A stretch of DNA of 27,256 nt from a virus (IMGVR_UViG_3300044513_001904:1-27256), one strand, 5' to 3'; counted from the stretch's first letter, positions 8,273-17,448 are shown. Numbers and translations: made by a program. Notes: generated from the letters alone by a model not told the origin.

Positions 8273-8457
8273 CACTCTCACACGAAACTGTCGAGAGTTA
8301 CTACAAGACAAATTTTGCCTTAATGCAGCACCATAAATATAGCTTGACAGAGTTGGAAAACATGATCCCTTGGGAACGTGAAATATACGTTACTCTCCTG
8401 TCACAATATCTTGAAGAAGAGAAACTAAAGGATCAACAGCAGAATGGCATCAGGTAA
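8266..8457 (+). CDS. g51: gp51-like baseplate hub assembly protein, probably translated as a -1 frameshift extension of gp26 (first in-frame ATG at 8323)
   Basis: The -1 frame reads QLALSHETVESYYKTNFALMQHHKYSLTELENMIPWEREIYVTLLSQYLEEEKLKDQQQNGIR, stop TAA at 8455-8457. YSLTELENMIPWER is the gp51 signature. Not in the track. Confidence 0.85.
   Translation, partial: QLALSHETVESYYKTNFALMQHHKYSLTELENMIPWEREIYVTLLSQYLEEEKLKDQQQNGIR
8333..8339 (+). promoter_or_regulatory. Candidate internal late promoter (ATAAATA)
   Basis: CATAAATA within the HKY codons of g51, about 105 nt upstream of ATG 8444. Confidence 0.35.
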
Positions 8458-10162
8458 GACTGACAATTTAATGACAGCCATTCTGGCACATGGTAGAGAT
8501 CCTTCAACGGGGGAGTATCTTACTGCTGCTCAGAGAAAAGACCTATTCAGAAAATCGAAGATCTCTGGATCCAAAGTATTTGGTGGAGGATCTGGTGGTG
8601 GCGTTAGAGGTGGCGCCGGAGGCCGTGGTGGTCTTGGTGGTGGAGCGTTAGCACTAAGACAAGCACCTGGAGAAATAACAAACACTGAAATCAGTCAAAA
8701 ACTTGATAAGATTCTTTTCTTAATCAAGAAGGACGCTGATACTGAGAAGAAATATAGAGAGTCTCTCTTAGAGAAGCAACAGAGAGCAAAAGAAAAGATG
8801 CTCAGGGGTTCTGCTGAGCGTGGACTAGAGGGAGCGGATAAAGAGAAGGAAAAGAAGGCAGACAAGGCTAAATCTGGAATGAAAGTCCAGATTCCATTCC
8901 TTGAGAGACTTGCCAAGTTTTTGATGATCTACCTGACTGGGTGGGTCACTGATAAACTTATTAAAATGTTCTCCTCTAAAGCAGAGGGTAACATTGCAAA
9001 ATTCCTTGAGTATCGTGATATTCTTATCAATCAACTTGGTAAGTACTTTGCACCAGTTGCTAACATTGCAAACGGATTTGTAATCTGGATTGCAAAGACT
9101 ACGAAGAAAATTGCTGGTTGGGCTGGTAGAATTGGTCAAAAAGTCTTTACCAAGCTCTTCGGAATGGTGAGGAAGATTGCAATGGGAATGCTCAATAAAA
9201 TCAAAGATATTATAAAGAATCCACTCCAGGCCCTAAAAAATGCAGGAAAAACTGCATTGGAAAAAATTACTGCGAAGGGAGCGGATATACTAAAGAGAAT
9301 CCCTGGTGCAGAAGCAACGAAAAAACTAATAACAAAAGCAGGTGGCGCTTTAAAGGGATTAACTCAGAACGCAGGCAAATTTGTTGCTAAACTTGGATCC
9401 AAATTAAATCCTAAACAGTTACTTCAAAAGGCACTTAGTCCAATTAAAGGTCTTCTTGGACAATCAAGTGGTGTTCTTGGAAACGGACTTAAAAAATTAA
9501 TTAAGGGTAATCTCTTGGGGATGATCCTTGGTGCAGGATTTGACGTAAGAGAACGTCTAGCATCTGGAGAATCTCCAACTCAGGCTTTCTTGGCGGGTAT
9601 AATTAAAGGTGCTGCTGCTGGTGGAACAGCTGGAGTCATTACAACTGCATTAACAACTGCTATTCCTGGACTTGGTTTGCCATTAGGTCTTTTACTTGGT
9701 GGTTTCCTGGGAGATGCAGCAGGATCACTATTGGCAAGTCCAATTGACAATTGGTTTGCTGAAAAGCAGAGAGAACCAAACGATTTTGATAAATGGTTCA
9801 CCAACTGGGCGAACAATAGTGATGATAGCATGAAGTCCCTTCTTGGATGGGACACTAGAACTGCCAATACAAGTGGTCCAAATCCTAATGTAAAGGATGT
9901 CCCTGGTGATGGTGCTGGAACTGGAGATAAGACTAGAGTTTCTCCTGGTGCAGCATTGCAGAACAGTTCTTCTCTGGGCCCAGCACCGGCTAGACCTGCT
10001 GCAGCAGTAAACGTCGTTGTTCCTACTTCTACTGGAAAAGCGTCTGTTCCAACTCAGATTCCACAGAAATCTTTAGGAACTGATATTCCCATTATAGAAT
10101 CAACCAACTTTGATAATCCATATTTGGCATTCTCTTACTCCATCTATAACGTTCTAGCATAA
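8444..10162 (+). CDS. Tape-measure-like / baseplate hub protein A
   Basis: 572 aa with long amphipathic K/A/G/L-rich helices, hydrophobic Gly-rich segments and a low-complexity C-terminus. Follows g26/g51. Confidence 0.6.
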   Translation: MASGKTDNLMTAILAHGRDPSTGEYLTAAQRKDLFRKSKISGSKVFGGGSGGGVRGGAGGRGGLGGGALALRQAPGEITNTEISQKLDKILFLIKKDADTEKKYRESLLEKQQRAKEKMLRGSAERGLEGADKEKEKKADKAKSGMKVQIPFLERLAKFLMIYLTGWVTDKLIKMFSSKAEGNIAKFLEYRDILINQLGKYFAPVANIANGFVIWIAKTTKKIAGWAGRIGQKVFTKLFGMVRKIAMGMLNKIKDIIKNPLQALKNAGKTALEKITAKGADILKRIPGAEATKKLITKAGGALKGLTQNAGKFVAKLGSKLNPKQLLQKALSPIKGLLGQSSGVLGNGLKKLIKGNLLGMILGAGFDVRERLASGESPTQAFLAGIIKGAAAGGTAGVITTALTTAIPGLGLPLGLLLGGFLGDAAGSLLASPIDNWFAEKQREPNDFDKWFTNWANNSDDSMKSLLGWDTRTANTSGPNPNVKDVPGDGAGTGDKTRVSPGAALQNSSSLGPAPARPAAAVNVVVPTSTGKASVPTQIPQKSLGTDIPIIESTNFDNPYLAFSYSIYNVLA

Positions 10163-11883
10163 TGGCAGCAATCGTACCATATCGCGCTATTACTAAAACA
10201 GGTGGCGGTGGTGCTCTAGTCGCCGCGAAAAAAGGTGGTGCTCAGGTTTCAAAGACTCTTGTTAATATTGAGAAGGTTCTTCAGAACAAGATAAAAGATA
10301 AGAAAAAGTTTTATGATAAGCAGTCTAGAATTACTAGACTAGAAGGTGAGACGAAGACTAGAACAGCATCTGAAGCAACATTAGAAAAGGCATCTAATTT
10401 TAGAATGAACCTGTTAGACAAGGTTCCAAACTTTGCTGTTGATGCGTTTTCTAGGATTATGAACTTCCTTGGCATTTATCTCATCGGCTGGATTACTGAT
10501 AAGTTACCCAAGATTATAAATGCCATTCAAGATGCCAGTCAAAGAATACAAAAAATGGGTGAAATCCTTACTAGTCTTGTAAGGAGAGGAATCAATATTG
10601 TTACTGCAATGGGTGGATTGATCGCCGCCAAGACAAAGCAGATTTTTACTCTTGATTTTGGAGATAAGAGTGGTGATGTAAAGAAAGCCCAAGATACACT
10701 TGACAAAGCATTTGATGATTTGCAAGATGATTGGGATCAAGGTGTCAAACTTTTAACTGCTCCTCTTGGATCTTTCCCCGTATCTGATGGTAATGGTGGA
10801 GGTGAATTTGATGGAGAATTATCTGGAGATGCTGTTGAAAGAACAAAGCAACTGTTAAGAAGTAGTGAAGGATTCAGAGAAAAAGCATATTGGGATGTAA
10901 ACGCTTGGCGTATTGGATACGGAACTGATACAATTACGGACGCACAAGGTAACGTTACATCAGTTACCAAAGATAGTGTCGTAACTAGAGAGGATGCGGA
11001 AAGAGATTTAGAGAGAAGAATTAGAACTGGATTTATGCCTAAAGTTGCTGGGCAGGTTGGTGATAACTGGACTAAATTACCAGCTAATGCACAAGCAGCA
11101 CTGACATCTGTTGGATATAACTATGGAAGTCTCCCTCAGAGTGTTGTTGCAGCCAGTAGAGGTGGTAATTTAAACGATATTGCTGATGCTGTTGAAGCGT
11201 TGAAGACTCATGATAAGGGAGTAAATGCCCGTAGAAGAATGGAGGAGGCGGCCATTATCAGGAAGTCGGCCTCTCCTGGCGCTGGTGATGGTAAAGCGAG
11301 AAGACAAAAGAATCAGACACCCGCATATCAACAGGCAGTAAAGGTTGGTAGATCTCTAGAATCACAAGGATATAGAGCATGGCAGCACCCTGATTTCAGT
11401 GTATACAAAGGATATACTGGATCTGGTATGGAAAGAGTGATGAGGAGAAGTTACAACTCCTATCACAACTATGGTGAGGCACTGGACTTCCCACTATCAC
11501 ACAACACTGAAGCACAGTTAAATAAACTTGCTAAGTATTTTAGTGACAATCGTTCTAAACTGGGTGTTGCTGAACTGAAGTGGAAAGATGATGCTAACCA
11601 CTTCGATCACTTGCACGTCTCCTTTAAGGGTGGTGGAAGTGGAGGAATGCTGATGGCCACTGGTCCAGATCCTACAACTGGTCTTGCTCCTGCTCCTGCT
11701 ACATCTAATTTTGATATGGCAAAATTCCGCAAATACTTGGCGGAGGCAATGGCACAACAGCAACAGCAAGTTGCACAACCCAAGCAACAATCGCAAGAAA
11801 GTTCTGGTCCATCTGCACCACAGATGATGAATCCAACATCCAACTTAAATAGTATGTTATTCACTGCATTATCCTTCGTATGA
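10162..11883 (+). CDS. Tape-measure-like protein B with GH24 lysozyme domain and putative M15-like Zn peptidase domain
   Basis: Helical N-terminus; SEGFREKAYWDVNAWRIGYG...ALTSVGYNYG...RRRMEE (phage lysozyme); SYHNYGEALDF...NHFDHLHVSF (H-x6-D...HxH). Confidence 0.8.
   Translation: MAAIVPYRAITKTGGGGALVAAKKGGAQVSKTLVNIEKVLQNKIKDKKKFYDKQSRITRLEGETKTRTASEATLEKASNFRMNLLDKVPNFAVDAFSRIMNFLGIYLIGWITDKLPKIINAIQDASQRIQKMGEILTSLVRRGINIVTAMGGLIAAKTKQIFTLDFGDKSGDVKKAQDTLDKAFDDLQDDWDQGVKLLTAPLGSFPVSDGNGGGEFDGELSGDAVERTKQLLRSSEGFREKAYWDVNAWRIGYGTDTITDAQGNVTSVTKDSVVTREDAERDLERRIRTGFMPKVAGQVGDNWTKLPANAQAALTSVGYNYGSLPQSVVAASRGGNLNDIADAVEALKTHDKGVNARRRMEEAAIIRKSASPGAGDGKARRQKNQTPAYQQAVKVGRSLESQGYRAWQHPDFSVYKGYTGSGMERVMRRSYNSYHNYGEALDFPLSHNTEAQLNKLAKYFSDNRSKLGVAELKWKDDANHFDHLHVSFKGGGSGGMLMATGPDPTTGLAPAPATSNFDMAKFRKYLAEAMAQQQQQVAQPKQQSQESSGPSAPQMMNPTSNLNSMLFTALSFV
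11845..11851 (+). promoter_or_regulatory. Candidate late promoter (TTAAATA)
   Basis: TAAATA core about 28 nt upstream of ATG 11880, similar to the spacing of other candidates. Confidence 0.4.
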
Positions 11884-13202
11884 CTGCAGCACAACAATCA
11901 GCCAGTTACAAAACAATAAACATCGAGTCGAATGACAAGAAGAATGTCATCGATATTCGTAATGGTGTTATTGCGTTTGCATATTACGAGGATATCTTTT
12001 CTCCCACAGTTACCGCTAAGATGATCATTACGACATCTGGAGATGTTGTTAATGGGACTGGATTGTACAATGGACTTCCTGTTAGAGGTGGAGAAAGAGT
12101 ACAGATAGCTATTGACACCAGAAAGGGTTCTGGGTTAAGATGGGATGATACAAGTGAATATCTTCATGTTGGAAAGATCAGTGACGTATCTGCAACCAAC
12201 CAAAAGGAAACGATGACCATTCATCTTGTTTCCAAGGAAGCAATTAAGAATGAGACGAGTAGAGTTTATAGGAAGTATGAGGGATCAGCCAGAATCTCAG
12301 AGAACGTTAAAAAAATTATGTCTGAGGTTATACAAACGAACGTTCCTTTTGACGTTGATGATACACAAAACAAGTATGGGTTTATAGGAAACAGTAGAAA
12401 ACCATTCACTGTTCTGCAATCTCTTGCTGCTAAGTCTGTATCTGGAAAAACAGAGAAAGATGCATCTGCTGGATATGTTTTCTATCAAACCAAGAGTGGA
12501 TTTAAATTTAAGTCAATTGACGGACTTATTGCTCAAGATTCTGTAGCATCATTCGTATACACTGATGCAAACGAGAGTTCTGTTAATGACGATACAAGCA
12601 ATAGAATTCTAAAATATAAGACAATAACAAACACAAATCTTCTGGCAAAGTTGAGAACTGGTCAGTTTGCATCATATAGAGTTTACTGGAATCCTTTGAC
12701 TTGGCAGTTTACCAGCCCAGACATCGGATTGTTTACCAGAGAAGATTATCTCCAAGGAGTTAGAAACCTTGGTCAACAGTTTGTGTTGCCAGAGGTTGAG
12801 AATGCTTATGGTCAGAAGATAAGTCTTGGCGAGATTCCATCTAGGATCATTACTGGAGTTCAGGATATTGGAACTCTTGGTGAAAAGGATGATAAGAGTG
12901 CTAATGCAGACCCTGGAAAATATCACTCACAATCATTAATGAGGTACAACTCTTTATTCACTCAACAAGTGAAAATGGTTGTTCCATGTGATACAACTTT
13001 GGAGGCTGGGAATGTAGTTAAATGTTCTTTCCCATCAGTTACAACCAGTTCAAAGAAGCAGAATGAACCTGACCCCGTTCAAAGTGGACTATATATGATT
13101 AAGGATTTGTGTCATTATTTCCAAGGACAACAATCGTACACCTATTTGACACTAGTCCGTGATACAATAGGATTGTATACTCCAAACAACAAAGAAACAT
13201 AA
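11880..13202 (+). CDS. Baseplate hub protein (gp27-like)
   Basis: 440 aa beta-rich protein with YYEDIFSPTVTA, LPVRGGE, YVFYQTKSGFKFKSID and SGLYMIKDLCH. Lies between the tape-measure-like genes and g5. Confidence 0.6.
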   Translation: MTAAQQSASYKTINIESNDKKNVIDIRNGVIAFAYYEDIFSPTVTAKMIITTSGDVVNGTGLYNGLPVRGGERVQIAIDTRKGSGLRWDDTSEYLHVGKISDVSATNQKETMTIHLVSKEAIKNETSRVYRKYEGSARISENVKKIMSEVIQTNVPFDVDDTQNKYGFIGNSRKPFTVLQSLAAKSVSGKTEKDASAGYVFYQTKSGFKFKSIDGLIAQDSVASFVYTDANESSVNDDTSNRILKYKTITNTNLLAKLRTGQFASYRVYWNPLTWQFTSPDIGLFTREDYLQGVRNLGQQFVLPEVENAYGQKISLGEIPSRIITGVQDIGTLGEKDDKSANADPGKYHSQSLMRYNSLFTQQVKMVVPCDTTLEAGNVVKCSFPSVTTSSKKQNEPDPVQSGLYMIKDLCHYFQGQQSYTYLTLVRDTIGLYTPNNKET

Positions 13203-13415
13203 ATGGAAAACATCGAAGCACACATCGAACAGGATAAGAAAATCCTCGATGATCCTACTATTTCCCCCCAGAAGCGCCGTCATACTGAAGGCGAACTGAA
13301 AGAACTGGAAGCGTATGCTGAGCGCCACCCAGAAGATCATCATGATCCCACTTCTCTGGAACTGTATTGTGATGCTAACCCTGAAGCTCCTGAGTGTTTA
13401 GTTTACGACGACTGA
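13203..13415 (+). CDS. cp12: CP12 Calvin-cycle inhibitor (auxiliary metabolic gene)
   Basis: 70 aa ending LELYCDANPEAPECLVYDD, the CP12 C-terminal Cys pair. Confidence 0.95.
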   Translation: MENIEAHIEQDKKILDDPTISPQKRRHTEGELKELEAYAERHPEDHHDPTSLELYCDANPEAPECLVYDD

Positions 13416-13420
13416 TATAA

Positions 13421-15565
13421 ATGTCTCTAGAGGAATTTGGTAGTTTACAAAGTAACTTCGTAGGAAGAGACGGATTCCGTTGGTGGATCGGTCAAGTTGC
13501 TCCTGGTGAGATTAGAGACACCTGGGGTAATAGAGTCCGTGTGCGTATCATGGGTTACCATCCCTTCAGTGAGGAGGAACTGCCCAATGATAAACTTCCT
13601 TATGCCAATATTCTTCTAGGAACTACATCTGGTAGTGGTGGTGCTGGTGTATACGCTAGTCACACACTTCGACCTGGAGATGTAGTATTTGGATTTTTCT
13701 TAGATGGTGATAATGCACAAATACCATGTATCAATGGTGTATTTGGCAGGACAGATGAAGTAACAAAACTAGCGTCAGCAAGTTATAAGTCACCTTTCGC
13801 ACCTTATAGTGGAAAGACTGACAAAATGAAGCCTGCTCACAACAGGATTGCTGATAAAGCAAGTGAGGTTAAAAACGGTGCTGATCCTAAAAGTGCATCT
13901 GATCCTTCAGAGACTGGAGAACAAGGATCATCTGCGCCAAAGACACCATCCAATACAACTAAGGGTACAGATGGAGTAGAGTCTGATAATAGAGCGAACG
14001 GAACTTGTGTAAAACTTGCTGATGCATGTAAGGACAATCCACTCTCTGAGTTGATGGATGTCCTGGATAATCTAGTAACTAAACTGAGCAAGATTGGCGG
14101 TGCGCTGGGTAATATTCAGAAGGAAATCAATAAAGTTCTGAACTTAATTCAAGACATCGGCGGCAACTTTGTTCAGACTGCGATTGGCGCTCTGTTTAAA
14201 GGACTAGAAAATATATTAGCAGATGGATTAGATGCTCTCTTCAATTCAGTATTTGCCTCTACAATGGCAGCAACTGCTGGAAATGTACCTTTATCAACTG
14301 CTGCTGGTATTGCAGCACAGGCAGCCCAGATCCCTCTCATTGAGAGTTTTCAAGACGCACTTCAATGTGTTGGAAATAAGATTGTAGAAGGTCTTAAAGA
14401 GGCAGCAAGAGGTCTCTTAGAGTCTTTCATTGGTAACATTCTAGATGTAACTCAGTGTGCTGTTGAAGCATATGCTGGTAGTTTCCTCGCTGATATTGTT
14501 AAGCAAATCTCTGATGGTTTGGCCAAACCTCTTGAAGCACTGAACAAGATTCTTGGGCCTGCTTTCACCGTCATTGGATTCTTACAAGGAACTGCTGGAG
14601 CATTCAAGTCTATTCTCGCCTTCCTTGATTGTGGTCAGGGTGCAGCATGTGCAGAGGTTAAGAAGTGGTGCATTGGTTCTGGTCCCGAGAAGGCAAAAGA
14701 TGATGATGAGAAAGGCAAGAAGCAAGAAGGCGAACGAGAAGATAACGGTGAACCTGCATCGGGCGATAAAGAAGAACCGAGCATGTTCGATAAGGTTATG
14801 GACAAACTCGGATCATTTAACCTTGGCACCGACAATGTATCTTCTGAGGGATTGTTGAAGGGAATCACTGGAAATCCAAACCTTCAAGTTAGACAATCTC
14901 AGGGATGTTATGCAGGCCCCGCATCTGCTCTGCCATGTGGAAGACCACAGGTAGAGTTTATCGGTGGCGGTGGATTCGGTGCTCTTGCGAAGGCATTTGT
15001 TGGCAACTTCATTCAAGAAACAGAAGGTTTAGGTGCTGCTGTATCTGATACAGTTGGGGCTGCTAATCAGTTGGGTGGAATTATTGGATTCCAGATTCAA
15101 GATCCTGGTCAGGGATATGCTTATCCTCCCCTTGTTAAGATCAAAGATCAATGTAAGCAAGGATATGGATGTGTTGCTAGAGCAACTCTAAATGAAAATG
15201 GTGGAATTGCATCAGTTTACATCGTTTCTTCTGGTGAGGGATATACTATTGATCCATCGCAAGGAACTCTTGGAGTTATTGATGTTGAAGTTGTTAATGG
15301 TGGAATTGGATATGATGATGAGACTGTAGTTACCGATGATCTTGGTAATAACTATGATGTCACCATTTTGAATGGAGTTATCACTAGAGTTAAACCAACA
15401 AGTGTTAACTCTGTCGCAGTCAAGCCAACTCTGTTTGTTAATGGAAATGGTAGCGGTGCAAACTTAGCACCAGTTGTTAGTGATATAATTATAGATGGTA
15501 CGGGTGAAGTCCTGTATGTCAAGGATTGCGTAGGATCACCTTTTGAGGTACTGAGGATTCAATAA
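13421..15565 (+). CDS. g5: Baseplate hub/spike gp5 (N-terminal OB-fold), no lysozyme domain evident
   Basis: FVGRDGFRWWIGQV, RVRVRIMGYH, LPYA, VFGFFLDGDNAQIP. Central helical region and C-terminal G-x-GY beta repeats. Confidence 0.88.
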   Translation: MSLEEFGSLQSNFVGRDGFRWWIGQVAPGEIRDTWGNRVRVRIMGYHPFSEEELPNDKLPYANILLGTTSGSGGAGVYASHTLRPGDVVFGFFLDGDNAQIPCINGVFGRTDEVTKLASASYKSPFAPYSGKTDKMKPAHNRIADKASEVKNGADPKSASDPSETGEQGSSAPKTPSNTTKGTDGVESDNRANGTCVKLADACKDNPLSELMDVLDNLVTKLSKIGGALGNIQKEINKVLNLIQDIGGNFVQTAIGALFKGLENILADGLDALFNSVFASTMAATAGNVPLSTAAGIAAQAAQIPLIESFQDALQCVGNKIVEGLKEAARGLLESFIGNILDVTQCAVEAYAGSFLADIVKQISDGLAKPLEALNKILGPAFTVIGFLQGTAGAFKSILAFLDCGQGAACAEVKKWCIGSGPEKAKDDDEKGKKQEGEREDNGEPASGDKEEPSMFDKVMDKLGSFNLGTDNVSSEGLLKGITGNPNLQVRQSQGCYAGPASALPCGRPQVEFIGGGGFGALAKAFVGNFIQETEGLGAAVSDTVGAANQLGGIIGFQIQDPGQGYAYPPLVKIKDQCKQGYGCVARATLNENGGIASVYIVSSGEGYTIDPSQGTLGVIDVEVVNGGIGYDDETVVTDDLGNNYDVTILNGVITRVKPTSVNSVAVKPTLFVNGNGSGANLAPVVSDIIIDGTGEVLYVKDCVGSPFEVLRIQ

Positions 15566-16098
15566 TGTCAGAGTCAAAAGAAAGAAGAATCATTGCCAAT
15601 AAGGGCCCAAACTATAAGCAAGACATCAATAACCCCCAGTCTGGTGGATTTGGTCCAGAAGTTGCCAAGGTAATGGCTATCACCGATGAAGGTGAAGTCT
15701 TTATTCATTCATTATCACAGGATGGCACTGTGAGGATCGTCGTTGATAAAACGATGGAAGTTACTGCTGGTGAAGATAATGATGAAGGGCAGATTGATAT
15801 GGTTATCAACTGCATGAATGGTGACATTTGCATCAATGCTATCGCTGGGCAGGTAAGAATTAAAGGTAGAGATGTTGTTCTAGAGGCTGGTAGAGATCTA
15901 ACTCTCAAAGCAGGAAGAAATCTGAACCTGAAAGGAAAATCAAAAGTAGATATTGATGGTAATAAAGTTCAAGCAACTGGTAAAGCAGGTAATCTGATTC
16001 AGGCAATGAAGATGACGTTCGTGCAAAACATTGCTGCAAGAACTAAGTTGCCAATTAGCATCTTGTTAGACATTGGTAAATCCATCATCAACAGATAA
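15565..16098 (+). CDS. Putative gp5 C-terminal beta-helix spike protein
   Basis: Periodic short beta repeats (GDICINA, GQVRIKG, RDVVLEAG, RDLTLKAG, RNLNLKG, KVDIDG). TAATG-coupled to g5. Confidence 0.6.
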   Translation: MSESKERRIIANKGPNYKQDINNPQSGGFGPEVAKVMAITDEGEVFIHSLSQDGTVRIVVDKTMEVTAGEDNDEGQIDMVINCMNGDICINAIAGQVRIKGRDVVLEAGRDLTLKAGRNLNLKGKSKVDIDGNKVQATGKAGNLIQAMKMTFVQNIAARTKLPISILLDIGKSIINR

Positions 16099-16100
16099 TC

Positions 16101-16445
16101 ATGTCAGAATTCCAAACTACTTACCCCAACATTGAAAATCCAGATGGACTTCTGAGTGGAGAAGACTATGTAATTAAGAAGACTACATTTCTTCAGCCTG
16201 TTGCTGGTGTTGATCCTCAGAATCCTGAGCATTATGTGACCAAGCAGTATTATGAAGAGAATACTCCTGAAGGATCTGTCACTGTAAATCAAGTTGGTTA
16301 TGCTGGTAGCAATCCAATTGAGACATCTGGAACAATAATCTCTGTTGGATCTACTAGTAATGCTTATGGTACTCGTTATATCTCTGTGGGATCAACTCCT
16401 AGTGTAACGGCTGGATTCAACGGAGACATTTGGTACGTCGTTTGA
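16101..16445 (+). CDS. Short tail-fibre-like protein
   Basis: 114 aa with DPQNPEHYVTKQY (ATKxYVD-like fibre motif) and C-terminal RYISVGSTPS...GFNGDIWYVV. Confidence 0.55.
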   Translation: MSEFQTTYPNIENPDGLLSGEDYVIKKTTFLQPVAGVDPQNPEHYVTKQYYEENTPEGSVTVNQVGYAGSNPIETSGTIISVGSTSNAYGTRYISVGSTPSVTAGFNGDIWYVV

Positions 16446-16446
16446 T

Positions 16447-17448
16447 ATGCAAACTGCCTATATTAATAACTCAAATACCTGGGTTGAGATTGCTGACATA
16501 TATGTAAAAGACTCCGACATGTGGAAGGAAGTTTCTACCGCATGGGTGAAGGATAATGATAGTTGGAAGATGATACATGCCAACGGTAAATTATCTGTTG
16601 AGTATCTTGTTGTTGGTGGTGGAGGTGGTGGAGGAGCCAGTGGATCTGGATATGACCCCGCTGGTGGTGGCGGTGGTGGCGGTGGATTCCGTGCTAGTGC
16701 TGGCGTTGCTCAAACTTCTGGTAGACTTTCTACACCGGAGGATCCACTTTCATTGCTTGTGAATACTGCATATACGGTAACTGCAGGCGGAGGTGGTGCT
16801 GGTGGATCTTCTAGTGCTGGTGGTAATGGCGGATCGAGTACATTGGCCACAGTAACCTCTGCGGGTGGTGGAGGCGGAGCAAGAGACAACACTAGCGGCA
16901 ACAGTGGTGCATCTGGTGGTGGTGCTGGTGGTGGTGGATCTGCAACTAATGGTGGTTCAGGTACAGCCAATCAGGGTTTTGATGGTGGCGATCATAATCC
17001 TCCTTCAGGAAATAGTGGATCTGGTGGAGGTGGTGCAGGCAGTGAACCTGGAAACCTTGACAGTTTTGGTGGTTTTGGATTAAACTCCGATATTACGGGA
17101 ACAATGGTTGCATATGCTGGCGGCGGTGGATCTTATGGTGGAAATGGAAGATCAGGTGGAGGAAATGGTGGATATGTGAACTTCTGTGGAACATCTAAGA
17201 CTGGTAGTCAGGGAACAGATGGAACTGGCGGCGGCGGTGGTGGAACAGGAAACATCTGCTCTGGCGGAGGTGGAACAAGATCAGGATTCCGTGGAGGTAG
17301 TGGTATAGTTATCTTTAGGATTCTGAGTATTTTCACCGCGACTTTCTCTGGTGGAGTATCAACATCAGTTGATACAAGTTCAGTTCCTGGATATAAAATA
17401 TATACTGTTACTTCTGGATCAGGAACAGTCACTTTTGGATATGCATAA
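16447..17448 (+). CDS. Glycine-rich putative adhesin / fibre-tip protein
   Basis: N-terminal Trp repeats (YINNSNTW, YVKDSDMW, WVKDNDSW), then VEYLVVGGGGGGG, many poly-Gly runs and GGSGIVIFR. Confidence 0.7.
   Translation: MQTAYINNSNTWVEIADIYVKDSDMWKEVSTAWVKDNDSWKMIHANGKLSVEYLVVGGGGGGGASGSGYDPAGGGGGGGGFRASAGVAQTSGRLSTPEDPLSLLVNTAYTVTAGGGGAGGSSSAGGNGGSSTLATVTSAGGGGGARDNTSGNSGASGGGAGGGGSATNGGSGTANQGFDGGDHNPPSGNSGSGGGGAGSEPGNLDSFGGFGLNSDITGTMVAYAGGGGSYGGNGRSGGGNGGYVNFCGTSKTGSQGTDGTGGGGGGTGNICSGGGGTRSGFRGGSGIVIFRILSIFTATFSGGVSTSVDTSSVPGYKIYTVTSGSGTVTFGYA

Noticed and set aside
13414-13423. TATAAAT before g5 as a late promoter
   Set aside because: It lacks the final A and runs into the start codon, leaving no room for a transcript that includes the ATG.
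16610-17300. GGT/GGC-rich repeats as a possible DNA repeat array or DGR target
   Set aside because: These are poly-Gly codons with varied third positions. I saw no template/variable repeat pair and no reverse transcriptase.
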